Part shown: positions 8,881 through 17,172 of the stretch, piece by piece
How positions within the stretch are numbered: the stretch's first letter is position 1
Layout: every line of letters begins with the position of its first letter
Source of the DNA: Candidatus Acidiferrales bacterium
GTDB taxonomy: Bacteria; Patescibacteriota; Microgenomatia; Levybacterales; UBA12049
Direction of reading: 5' to 3'
NCBI GenBank assembly: GCA_035533875.1
Contig: DATLSZ010000001.1
Coordinates: 3,614-67,613, forward strand
DNA: 64,000 bases
Notes under the pieces: generated by a model
What the model was told of the DNA's origin: nothing
Database searches by the model: none
The model's input: only the letters and a program-made list of their open reading frames with translations
Made by a program: the position numbers and the translations under genes

Positions 8881-9627
8881 CTATACATTAATAACGAACC
8901 GTCCAAACCTGCTAGTCATCGTGGCAATTCCATTGGAATCAATCATATAGCCATCATATCCTGGCAATTTCTCGATGAATTGGATTCCTTTCTCACCCAT
9001 AGCAAAAGCAGCTGTTGCAAATCTGTCGGCATCATATACCGTCGGACCGATCACTGTCATACTTGATATAGCGGTAATTGGATCATTTGGTTTGTGCGGA
9101 TTATAAATATGCTGCCCTCTTACGTACAGTCCCGATGTGGCAATGCCTTTATTATCTAGCCGAACAACTTTTACAATTTCTTCTCTCTTGAACGGATTAC
9201 GGATTCCGATTGTCCAGTATGTGCCATTCTCATTTTTGCCTGATACTTGGACATCACCGCCCGCGTCAACATAAAAATTATGGAACCCGTGTTCTTTCAA
9301 AAGACCTGCCGCGTTATAAATCGCCCAACCTTTCACAATGCCTGATGGATCAATTTGCCCATTGTGCGCTATATTAAAATAGCCGTTGGATTCCCGTCTC
9401 GTATCATCTGCAAGCTGCAAGATCTGCCGGACATCGGTGCTTAATTGTTTTTTTGTTAATTCTCCGGCATTGAACCGCGATATCTCACTTTCCTTTTTAT
9501 AAGTACTGAACATCCGGTCAACTGAAGCAAAATAGTCAAAAATACCCGCAATGTCGGACTCAGTTACTTTGACATCTACTACCTCTATCGTTATTGGCAT
9601 TCCCATTAGCAAACGTGTTCTTTTCAT
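8881..9627 (-). CDS. apbE: FAD:protein FMN transferase (ApbE family)
   Basis: MGMPITIEV start, YFNIAHNG, AGGDVQVSG and ATSGLY motifs typical of ApbE; no signal peptide or lipobox visible. Confidence 0.85.
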   Translation of the reverse strand: MKRTRLLMGMPITIEVVDVKVTESDIAGIFDYFASVDRMFSTYKKESEISRFNAGELTKKQLSTDVRQILQLADDTRRESNGYFNIAHNGQIDPSGIVKGWAIYNAAGLLKEHGFHNFYVDAGGDVQVSGKNENGTYWTIGIRNPFKREEIVKVVRLDNKGIATSGLYVRGQHIYNPHKPNDPITAISSMTVIGPTVYDADRFATAAFAMGEKGIQFIEKLPGYDGYMIDSNGIATMTSRFGRFVINV

Positions 9628-9682
9628 ATGTTCTTTATGAGGCTTTTATATTGTGTTTTTCGAAAATGAATTAGCATCATTT

Positions 9683-10105
9683 TTATTTTGCCTGTGACAA
9701 TGCAGCTGCCAGTGATTCTTTAAATGCCTGACTTGTCTGCGTCGCTCCAGATACGATATCGACATTTGCACTTTGCGCTTGAATAGCTTCTTGTTTCAGA
9801 ACCGGCATCGCCGATTGATTAACCTCGACAGAATGACTGCTATCATTGGGATACTGCAAGAACTGCACATCGGTTATCTTCCCATTCAGGACTGTTGCTC
9901 TTACTTGAATCGTACCATAGAACGCATCTGCCGCAGAGCCGGGATAGCTACCATCCTTATATGCAATGCTTGTATTTGTAGCGTATGTATTTGAACTGCT
10001 TGGTTTGCCGGTCGCTGTAGAAGATGCTTGTGAGGAATTACGGCCGAAAACAGCATACAAAGCAAAAACAACAATAGTAACAACACTAATAAGTATTTTC
10101 TTCAT
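9683..10105 (-). CDS. membrane-anchored FMN-binding domain protein
   Basis: N-terminal TM, Ser/Thr linker, and FMN_bind domain with the flavinylation motif SGATQTS. Confidence 0.8.
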   Translation of the reverse strand: MKKILISVVTIVVFALYAVFGRNSSQASSTATGKPSSSNTYATNTSIAYKDGSYPGSAADAFYGTIQVRATVLNGKITDVQFLQYPNDSSHSVEVNQSAMPVLKQEAIQAQSANVDIVSGATQTSQAFKESLAAALSQAK

Positions 10106-10111
10106 GAGGTT

Positions 10112-10117
10112 ATTTTA
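10112..10117 (-). promoter_or_regulatory. -10 box, leaderless configuration
   Basis: TAAAAT, then 6 nt, then ATG 10105. Confidence 0.4.
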
Positions 10118-10192
10118 TTGCCGGTTTCTTTAATCTTGCTTAAGCTTTGATATGATAATCGAATGAACTGAAAACAAACATAAATCAAATCC

Positions 10193-10222
10193 AAAAGCAG
10201 CCTCCTCTTGGAAGCTGCTTTT
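10193..10222 (-). terminator. hairpin terminator downstream of the 10247-10744 gene
   Basis: Perfect 9-bp stem AAAAGCAGC/GCTGCTTTT with a 12-nt loop, flanked by A/T runs. Confidence 0.6.
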
Positions 10223-10246
10223 CTGCTCTATCTCCTTTTACTCAAG

Positions 10247-10744
10247 TTACTGTGTCGGCGTTGGAGTCGTATCTAATTTGTGCCAGCCAAATCTACCGAA
10301 TCCATGCCCTGGGCCAAATGGACGAAAGTATTGTAAATCAATATTGTTCTGCTTCGCCCAATTTTTCAAATCCTGCATTGTTGACTGCATCTGCGCCTTT
10401 CTCTCAGCCGGAGTCATCGTCTTCAAATTATTCCTTTGACTCACCAATTCTTTATGTTTATTAAGAATTAGCTGTTTTTGCCCCTCTGTTATCTTGCCGG
10501 AATTAACAAGATTTTGCAGATAGGTTTCATAATTTGATTCCATTTTTGATTGCATTTCCTGCTTGTGCTGATCAAAAACAGACTGCACATCGCTAGTACT
10601 CAGATGGAACTTACTCGCGATTTCCTGCACCAGAGACGGAACGTCATTCTGTCCCGGAGTCTGTGCGAAAGCATTGGTCGCTGCGACCAATCCTCCGCTC
10701 AGAATACTCACCGTCACAACGGTGATCAATGTTTTCTTAGTCAT
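10247..10744 (-). CDS. exported helical protein, function unknown
   Basis: Signal peptide MTKKTLITVVTVSILSGGLVAATNAFA; SD GGAGGTG (10750-10756, minus) 5 nt upstream of ATG 10744. Confidence 0.7.
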   Translation of the reverse strand: MTKKTLITVVTVSILSGGLVAATNAFAQTPGQNDVPSLVQEIASKFHLSTSDVQSVFDQHKQEMQSKMESNYETYLQNLVNSGKITEGQKQLILNKHKELVSQRNNLKTMTPAERKAQMQSTMQDLKNWAKQNNIDLQYFRPFGPGHGFGRFGWHKLDTTPTPTQ

Positions 10745-10817
10745 CCACTCACCTCCTATCATTGCAGCAGTATAAATGGTCGGTCTTAAAACATGCTTTA
10801 GAAATTAGGGGAAACAT

Positions 10818-11816
10818 TTAGCTTACTAGAGGAAACGTAAGGGTAAAGGTGGTCCCCTTATGATAGACACTGTCAACTTCTATCGATCCGTTATGTGCCG
10901 TGACAATTTTCTTCACTATGGATAGTCCCAACCCATGTCCGTCTGCTTGAGAACGGGACTTATCCGCCCGGTAAAACCTGTCAAAAATATGTTCCAGATC
11001 AGTTGGTGCAATCCCTACTCCTTCATCCGTTACAAGTATAGTAACGGACCGCTTTTTGCTCATTGATGCGATAGTCACTTTTGTCTTTTCTGGACTGTAT
11101 TTTATGGCATTATCAAACAAATTCACAAAAACTTCAATGAGACTATTTTTATCACCTTTTACTTTCCCACTGACTTGTGAAAGAGTAAATATTATTTGTT
11201 TCTTCTTTGCGAGAGATGAAACTTTTTTATATGCGGATTGGATAACTTCCTGCATTGAAACGGTATCATTATAGATAACATTTTTCTTGGATACATGTGC
11301 CAACTGCAATAAACTATTTGCAAGCTCTTGTAATTTACCTAACTCTTCTAAATTACTTGCAATTACCTTTCGAGCACCTTTATCACTGAGACGTTTTTCA
11401 AGGAGACTTGCTTCCATTTCCGCACGAAGTGTCGCAATCGGAGTCCTCAGTTCATGGGATGCGTCTGAAATAAACTGATTTTGTTCATCCACCATTTGCT
11501 GAATAGGTTTGAGCGTTCTTCCCGCGAGAAAATATCCGGCTCCACCGGCAATAACCAAAATTATGCCGTTGATGATAACAAGCGCAATCTTCAGTCTGTT
11601 TGTGATTCCCTGTAACTGATCAAGGGTAAAAATTGCTTCAGGCGGTGTCGGAAGCGACAGTTCAGTTGCTTGTGACTGCAAAAAATGAATTCGTACGATG
11701 ACCCTCTGGATTTCAAGCGTTGATGCCTGATAAAAAGCGAAACTAAACGTGACGCTGACCAGCATGATAATTGCGAGATACCAGGCAGTTAATTTGAGGC
11801 GCGCGGATTGAAACAT
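10818..11816 (-). CDS. sensor histidine kinase
   Basis: Two TM helices, H-box SHELRTPIATL, N/G boxes (NLFDNAIKYS, DEGVGI, GHGLGLSIV). Start moved to ATG 11816 because the track's N-terminal extension reads into the repeat. Confidence 0.9.
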   Translation of the reverse strand: MFQSARLKLTAWYLAIIMLVSVTFSFAFYQASTLEIQRVIVRIHFLQSQATELSLPTPPEAIFTLDQLQGITNRLKIALVIINGIILVIAGGAGYFLAGRTLKPIQQMVDEQNQFISDASHELRTPIATLRAEMEASLLEKRLSDKGARKVIASNLEELGKLQELANSLLQLAHVSKKNVIYNDTVSMQEVIQSAYKKVSSLAKKKQIIFTLSQVSGKVKGDKNSLIEVFVNLFDNAIKYSPEKTKVTIASMSKKRSVTILVTDEGVGIAPTDLEHIFDRFYRADKSRSQADGHGLGLSIVKKIVTAHNGSIEVDSVYHKGTTFTLTFPLVS

Positions 11817-11922
11817 ATTAATAAATCTCAAAACGCAAATCGCATAACTCAAAAATAAAGATTTGAGATGTTAGATGAAGATTTGACATTTGATTTTTGA
11901 CATTTGAGATTTGCATAATAAT
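11817..11922 (-). repeat. tandem-unit hairpin element, family 2 (AAATCTCAAA/TTTGAGATTT words)
   Basis: Fills the whole RR-stop to HK-start spacer. The sense strand ends TTTTGAGATTTATTAAT-ATG. Confidence 0.75.
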
Positions 11923-12591
11923 TTATTCTCTTATCGTATATCCTCTACCGCGGATTGTGTGAATCAATGACTCTTCTCCTTTGACATCTATCTTATCACG
12001 AAGATGTTTGACATGCACTTCAATAGTACTTGGCAGGACATCCGAATCATAATTCCAGACATGCGCGATGATCTGTTCTTTATTCAGAACAGTATTCTTA
12101 TTCCGCAGGAGGTATTCCAAAAGAGAAAATTCTTTCGCGGATAATTCGACTATTTTGTCGCCGCGTTTAACGGTGAATGTCTTCGGATCAAGACTTAAAT
12201 TTTTGATACTGAGAACCGGATCGTTTGCCTGGACGGGACGGCGGACAAGCGCTCGGATCCTGGCAAATAGTTCTTCAAACGAGAATGGTTTCACCATATA
12301 ATCATCAGCCCCGACATCAAGCCCTGTTACTTTATCGGTAATTTGCCCTCTGGCGGTGAGCATCATCACTGGCGTATGAATTCCTTCCGCGCGGATCCGT
12401 TTGCAGATTTCAATACCATCCATGCCAGGAAGCATCACGTCTAATATAATCAAACTGAACTCTTCGCCTATCGCAAAATCCAATCCGTCTTTGCCATTAT
12501 TCACAACATCAACAGCATATTTCTGGAGTTCCAACGCGCGTTTCATGGCGTGCGCTAATTTTACTTCATCTTCAACAAGGAGTATTCTCAT
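11923..12591 (-). CDS. OmpR-family response regulator
   Basis: Receiver domain (ILLVEDE, LIILDVMLPGMDG, KPF) plus winged-helix C-terminus (VHVKHLRDKI, TIRGRGY). Confidence 0.95.
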   Translation of the reverse strand: MRILLVEDEVKLAHAMKRALELQKYAVDVVNNGKDGLDFAIGEEFSLIILDVMLPGMDGIEICKRIRAEGIHTPVMMLTARGQITDKVTGLDVGADDYMVKPFSFEELFARIRALVRRPVQANDPVLSIKNLSLDPKTFTVKRGDKIVELSAKEFSLLEYLLRNKNTVLNKEQIIAHVWNYDSDVLPSTIEVHVKHLRDKIDVKGEESLIHTIRGRGYTIRE

Positions 12592-12600
12592 ATGCAAATG

Positions 12601-12606
12601 ATAATA
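12601..12606 (-). promoter_or_regulatory. -10 box, leaderless configuration (two-component operon)
   Basis: TATTAT, then 9 nt, then ATG 12591. Confidence 0.45.
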
Positions 12607-12654
12607 AACAAACCTTAACGTTTGCTTAAGTGAGGGTATTGTAACAGGTTTTGA

Positions 12655-13257
12655 TCAATCCATTGTAGGAATTTTCTTCCTCGCTACAATAGCATATTTC
12701 TTTTTGTCCATTTCCTTTGGGGTAATTTCTGAAGGAGATTCTTCGGGGAGATGAACAGCAACACTGGTAAATCCTGCCTTAATAAGCGTTGGTATGATCG
12801 CTGGATCAAACGTACTTTCTACCATAACGAACATGCCGAATTCCTCCAGCACATCACTTGCTTGCTTGAAAAATCGCAATCGTCGATCACTCGTATCGCC
12901 AGTACGCAGTTGACCATCAAATCTTGGAAGGACATCAGCTGTTAGTATCGAATTGTACGGTTTAAACCCATCTACCACAAGAGGCATCTCAACAACCTGA
13001 CTGGCTGCTGTTGATGTTTCCGTGCTATTAAAACTAAGAAAATGACACTCAGCAGGAGGATAAACTGCTCGAACTGCCATCGTATATGCCTGTTGTGTAT
13101 CGGCAGTGCCTATCCCGAGGAACCTGGGAGTGCGGCTGCTTTGTACTGAACTGTCCCGATAATACCGAATTTCTCTTTGAAACGTTTGCATGAGAACGTT
13201 ATTGGCATTTGGTGTACGAAGTTTTGTTGGTAACGCTCCAGATTCTACTAATGACAT
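12655..13257 (-). CDS. orphan protein, possibly methyltransferase-fold
   Basis: FLGIGTADT (motif I-like), EEFGMFVMVE, C-terminal AGFTSVAVH...YAIVARKK. ATG 13257 lies 9 nt after TTGTATAAT (13267-13275, minus). Confidence 0.5.
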   Translation of the reverse strand: MSLVESGALPTKLRTPNANNVLMQTFQREIRYYRDSSVQSSRTPRFLGIGTADTQQAYTMAVRAVYPPAECHFLSFNSTETSTAASQVVEMPLVVDGFKPYNSILTADVLPRFDGQLRTGDTSDRRLRFFKQASDVLEEFGMFVMVESTFDPAIIPTLIKAGFTSVAVHLPEESPSEITPKEMDKKKYAIVARKKIPTMD

Positions 13258-13266
13258 AATTGCAAA

Positions 13267-13275
13267 ATTATACAA
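13267..13275 (-). promoter_or_regulatory. TG-extended -10, leaderless configuration
   Basis: TTGTATAAT, then 9 nt, then ATG 13257. Confidence 0.5.
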
Positions 13276-13331
13276 TAATTTTTTTTAGATAGCCTGACCT
13301 AAATGATACGTCAAAATAGACAAATAGTCCC

Positions 13332-13360
13332 TTGACTCATCATTTGAAAAGATTTAATAT
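13332..13360 (+). promoter_or_regulatory. sigma70-type promoter, leaderless configuration
   Basis: TTGACT-17 nt-TAATAT; ATG 13370 lies 9 nt after the -10. Confidence 0.6.
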
Positions 13361-13369
13361 AGAGGTCTC

Positions 13370-13927
13370 ATGCCAAAAAAAGATACGGAAACAAAAGATG
13401 ATGTCTGTCCCAAGTGCGGAGCACCCCTCGCAGAAATATCAGTTACCAAGACAGGAAGAAAATTACAACGATGCTCCAAAGGTTCCTGGGATCCTGAGAC
13501 AAGAAAAAATGTCGGCTGCGATTATGTCAAATGGTTCCCTGTGGAACCCGAGGAACTGAACGAGAAATGTCCCAAGTGCGGAAGCCCGCTTATCCTTGCA
13601 ACAACCCGCTTTGGCAAAAAAATGAAAAAATGTTCCACCGGTAAATGGGACAGTGCAACCAAAAAAGTCATCGGCTGCGATTATGTCGAGTGGATCAACG
13701 GCACGACCGAACCGCTTGATGAAGATTGCCCTGAATGCGGCGCCAAACTTGTCTTATTTACCACCAATGCCGGAAAGAAAATGAAAAAGTGCTCCACAGC
13801 CGGATGGGATAGGGAAAAAAGAAAAGCAACGGGATGCACCTATGTTTACTGGCTCAAACCAAGTGAGTATCCTGAGAAAGTAGACAATGGCGGAGAAGAA
13901 TTTTTACCCCCCGAACCCGAAGAATAA
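13370..13927 (+). CDS. stand-alone protein with three tandem topoisomerase-type C4 zinc-ribbon repeats and an acidic tail
   Basis: Three ~55-aa repeats CP(K/E)CG..L-x(10-12)-KKCS-x(13,14)-GC.YV.W; C-terminus EEFLPPEPEE. Confidence 0.75.
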   Translation: MPKKDTETKDDVCPKCGAPLAEISVTKTGRKLQRCSKGSWDPETRKNVGCDYVKWFPVEPEELNEKCPKCGSPLILATTRFGKKMKKCSTGKWDSATKKVIGCDYVEWINGTTEPLDEDCPECGAKLVLFTTNAGKKMKKCSTAGWDREKRKATGCTYVYWLKPSEYPEKVDNGGEEFLPPEPEE

Positions 13928-13935
13928 TACATATA

Positions 13936-14913
13936 TTATCTCCGACCTTGTGCTGCAAGATAAGCCGCAATTGCTGCATTATACGCTTCGTTATTGGTAG
14001 TAGGATTATCGTGCCCCGGATTTTGACCGTCGATATAGACAACATCTATCGGCAAATCCTTAAGAAAATCTCTTACCGATTGAGTCTCATTAACATACGG
14101 ATCTTTTGTTGGATCCTGGAGAAGAAGATATACTAATTTAATTTTTTTGGCATGAGTTGCATTATAACGGTTTAAAAATTTCGCAAAATCATGGGTAATA
14201 CTTTCTGTTTGAGAAAGATCCTGCAGTTGCTTATATGCAGTTTCAGCAGAAGCGGCTTCAGGATCCATATATGGCGCAAATGGATTATGAAATTGCACCG
14301 CGTCAGTAAGTCCTACAAGTGCAGGACTCGGTCCATAACCGGAAGCAAGAAGCATTTCTGCGATAACTCTTGGTACTCCTTTTATATCATGCAAACCATC
14401 TGGTGTACTCGCCAAAAAGACATATTCCGGTGCAATCCGGTCACTGACAAGCGGAATAACCTGAGCAGCAAGTGGCCATGAGCTACTATCGCAAAACCAA
14501 GACATCGTTTCCAGTTGTGTACTATTTTTTATATCGTAAAGGCCCTTGCGTAAATCAGTTACCGGATCTCCTTTGTTACCAAGTTTTGCTTTCATACGAA
14601 CGCCTAAAGGACTCAAGGAAGGCAACACATCGATATTGTGATCTGTATCGTAATTTTGTCCGGGTAAATCAAGCACAATAGATGTTGTCCAGGGATGTAG
14701 TACTTCTCCTCGTGCAGGGACAATAGTCGTACGCGATGTATTGAATAAATTTTCAATTGCTAAGGCAGTCTTATCTGCGCTCGCAATAGTACCAGCGGCA
14801 CCGGCAAATATTGTCATTCGAACAAAGCTTCTTCTCCCAAATTCGCGAGCTCTATCTTTGGGTAACAATTTTACCGGATCTTTTACCGGCTCTGCATCTT
14901 TACTTCTTCCCAT
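13936..14913 (-). CDS. hypothetical exported protein (twin-arginine-like N-terminus)
   Basis: GRRSFVRMTIFAGAAGTIASA near the N-terminus; no confident family assignment. Confidence 0.55.
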   Translation of the reverse strand: MGRSKDAEPVKDPVKLLPKDRAREFGRRSFVRMTIFAGAAGTIASADKTALAIENLFNTSRTTIVPARGEVLHPWTTSIVLDLPGQNYDTDHNIDVLPSLSPLGVRMKAKLGNKGDPVTDLRKGLYDIKNSTQLETMSWFCDSSSWPLAAQVIPLVSDRIAPEYVFLASTPDGLHDIKGVPRVIAEMLLASGYGPSPALVGLTDAVQFHNPFAPYMDPEAASAETAYKQLQDLSQTESITHDFAKFLNRYNATHAKKIKLVYLLLQDPTKDPYVNETQSVRDFLKDLPIDVVYIDGQNPGHDNPTTNNEAYNAAIAAYLAAQGRR

Positions 14914-14982
14914 AGTAATAAACTAGTATTATAGGGTAAATTGGGAAAAATTGCATCTTTTTACCATGAGAGTATTCTATCG

Positions 14983-16137
14983 TTATTCCAAATACTGTTT
15001 ATAGAACTCCACCGTGTGCTGCATGGCTTGCGTGAAACTTGTTCCTGAGATATTATGTCCTCCGGTCGGATATTCATACATCGTATGCGGGACTGAAGTC
15101 GCATCAAATAATTTCATCAGATCCCTATTGTATCCGATATTCACCACCGCATCATCCTGTGCTTGATCTATCTGGATCGCGCCTTGCAAATCCCCCAAGA
15201 AACTCGTCGGTGCCATATCATGCCAGAATGGTTTGCTCAAATCAGGACTGCCGTATAACTTCTGCAGCTGCTGCCGCAATTTAACATTCGCAGAATTGGA
15301 TGATGACGGAGATGGTTGATAACTTGGATCATTCAGCTTATATTTCACCAAATCCGTATAGGTATACCCTGCCCCGGACCATATCACAACTGCAGGGATA
15401 TCAGGCTCTGCTGCCCATGCGCGCATGACTACATTGCCTGCCATACTGTGCCCCCACAATCCGATATGAACGGGGTTCACATCTACCATTTGCTGCTCAT
15501 TGTGACTATCATCGACCGCACCTGAGGCAGTTGCAGCTTTTATTTTTTCTTTTGAAGTGGCCGTTGGGACAGGATGGGCAGACTGTAGTGCGGCATAGGC
15601 ATTTAATGTATCAACAACATATCCGGCGGAATAATACGCGCCTGCCGGCTGTCCCTGCGAATCTCCATTCCCGCGAAGATCGATCTTAAAGACAACAAAG
15701 CCATTGCGTGCAAGATAATCAACATAATCGGTATAGTTCCCAGTTGTTGTGTACGTTTTGGGCGGGATATAGCCATGGACAAAAACGATCGCCGGCCATC
15801 CGCCGGTTGGTGGGATACCCACTGGAACAGTAAGCAACCCGTTTATTGTTAATCCGTCCGATGGATAACTCGTGAGATATGATGTATAGTCTGCGTTTTT
15901 TGCTATTTGCTGCAGACTTCCCAATTTGCTTTTATATGTCTGCTTACGCAAATACGGAATTGTCAGATTTTCAAGAGGAAATGGTGTCGTCGTAGGAGTA
16001 ATCTGCGGTTTGTCTACAACAGCTTGGATGGATTTTCTGATCGTTGTCGCCGGCAGTGAATTGCCTTGCCGGAGATATGCAACAATGATGATAAGCAGAC
16101 TGAGTACGATGAATGAAAACCAAAACCGTTTCCCCAT
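14983..16137 (-). CDS. exported alpha/beta hydrolase (S9 / dienelactone-hydrolase-like)
   Basis: N-terminal TM, nucleophile elbow GHSMAG, HGYIPP oxyanion region, C-terminal GGHN. SD AGGAGG lies 3 nt upstream of ATG 16137. Confidence 0.75.
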   Translation of the reverse strand: MGKRFWFSFIVLSLLIIIVAYLRQGNSLPATTIRKSIQAVVDKPQITPTTTPFPLENLTIPYLRKQTYKSKLGSLQQIAKNADYTSYLTSYPSDGLTINGLLTVPVGIPPTGGWPAIVFVHGYIPPKTYTTTGNYTDYVDYLARNGFVVFKIDLRGNGDSQGQPAGAYYSAGYVVDTLNAYAALQSAHPVPTATSKEKIKAATASGAVDDSHNEQQMVDVNPVHIGLWGHSMAGNVVMRAWAAEPDIPAVVIWSGAGYTYTDLVKYKLNDPSYQPSPSSSNSANVKLRQQLQKLYGSPDLSKPFWHDMAPTSFLGDLQGAIQIDQAQDDAVVNIGYNRDLMKLFDATSVPHTMYEYPTGGHNISGTSFTQAMQHTVEFYKQYLE

Positions 16138-16220
16138 ATTCCTCCTTGAATATCAATTATACCAGTGCTTAAGCAACATGCAAAAGGGGAAAATTTCTCG
16201 TTTCTTTGATATAAAACTAC

Positions 16221-16249
16221 TTGATTTTATATTCAAAACAGCGCATAAT
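16221..16249 (+). promoter_or_regulatory. sigma70-type promoter of the sORF islet
   Basis: TTGATT-17 nt-CATAAT, about 50 nt upstream of ATG 16302. Confidence 0.45.
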
Positions 16250-16301
16250 CGTTGTGTAGAAATTTTCTCGAAAAAGCTATCATGAATGGCGGTGATAACT
16301 T

Positions 16302-16472
16302 ATGGCTACCAGAAAAACTTTAGTAAAACCAAAACCAAAAACGTTAAAACGGGCTGAACAAGATTTAAAAAATAAACATGTAGGAAAAACCGTGAAGAGT
16401 CCTGCTGGTTTTGTTGTTAGAAACGCAAAAGGTGTTCGCACTATAAAAAAGAAAAGAGGTCATGCGAAATAA
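16302..16472 (+). CDS. unannotated small ORF, 56-aa lysine-rich peptide
   Basis: ATG..TAA read directly: MATRKTLVKPKPKTLKRAEQDLKNKHVGKTVKSPAGFVVRNAKGVRTIKKKRGHAK. Below the ORF-track size cutoff. C-terminal KKRGHAK is shared with the next sORF. Confidence 0.5.
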   Translation: MATRKTLVKPKPKTLKRAEQDLKNKHVGKTVKSPAGFVVRNAKGVRTIKKKRGHAK

Positions 16473-16489
16473 GAAACGAGGTGATTTTA

Positions 16490-16606
16490 GTGTCAGATAA
16501 AAAAAGCTCAACTAATAAACCACAACCAAGAACTTCTGTTCAGAAAGTTATAAAACCAGGAGCGTTTACCATAGAAAAGAAAAGAGGTCATGCTAAGTCG
16601 AAATAA
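16490..16606 (+). CDS. unannotated small ORF, 38-aa lysine-rich peptide (paralog of previous)
   Basis: GTG start 5 nt after GAGGTGA (16478-16484): (M)SDKKSSTNKPQPRTSVQKVIKPGAFTIEKKRGHAKSK. The stop is 5 nt before ATG 16612. Confidence 0.5.
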   Translation: MSDKKSSTNKPQPRTSVQKVIKPGAFTIEKKRGHAKSK

Positions 16607-16611
16607 CTACT

Positions 16612-17172
16612 ATGGCGGAAGTTTTTATAACTATTTTTAACTGGTTTACAAAACCGGATGTAAATTTTTGGACAATGATCATCGGTATTTTTACCGCTGC
16701 ACTATGGATAACAGCTAAACATCAATTAAAAGCATTATCAAAGACTTCTCGCGCTGACTTTATACACAGGTTCAAGAATGACTTCTTTACACATGCAACT
16801 AGACAGATAATTAAACTAATTGATCAAAATAAGTTAAAATTTGATTCAAAAACAGGAGATTTTAATAATGACATTTCAAGTTATGATGTTGACGATTTAA
16901 TATTGGGACATTTTGAGGATTTAGGAATATTTGAAAAAAAAGGATATATAGATATTGAAGAAATTTACGAATTGTTTGATTACTATATAGAAAACACTTG
17001 GGAAAATTCTGCAATACAAGAATATCTAGAAAAGCTGTCGAATGGTAGTGACATATACGATAATTTCAAGTATTTATATTACAAATGCAAATCATATGGA
17101 GAAGCAAAAATGAATCGAGAATTTATATTTCTATGGAGAATAAAATGGAAGCTTAAAGAATTCTGTTTATAG
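16612..17172 (+). CDS. hypothetical membrane-anchored protein (one N-terminal TM)
   Basis: 186-aa ORF in a visibly AT-richer islet; TM FWTMIIGIFTAALWI. Its 3' end overlaps trhO by 6 nt, convergent. Confidence 0.6.
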   Translation: MAEVFITIFNWFTKPDVNFWTMIIGIFTAALWITAKHQLKALSKTSRADFIHRFKNDFFTHATRQIIKLIDQNKLKFDSKTGDFNNDISSYDVDDLILGHFEDLGIFEKKGYIDIEEIYELFDYYIENTWENSAIQEYLEKLSNGSDIYDNFKYLYYKCKSYGEAKMNREFIFLWRIKWKLKEFCL

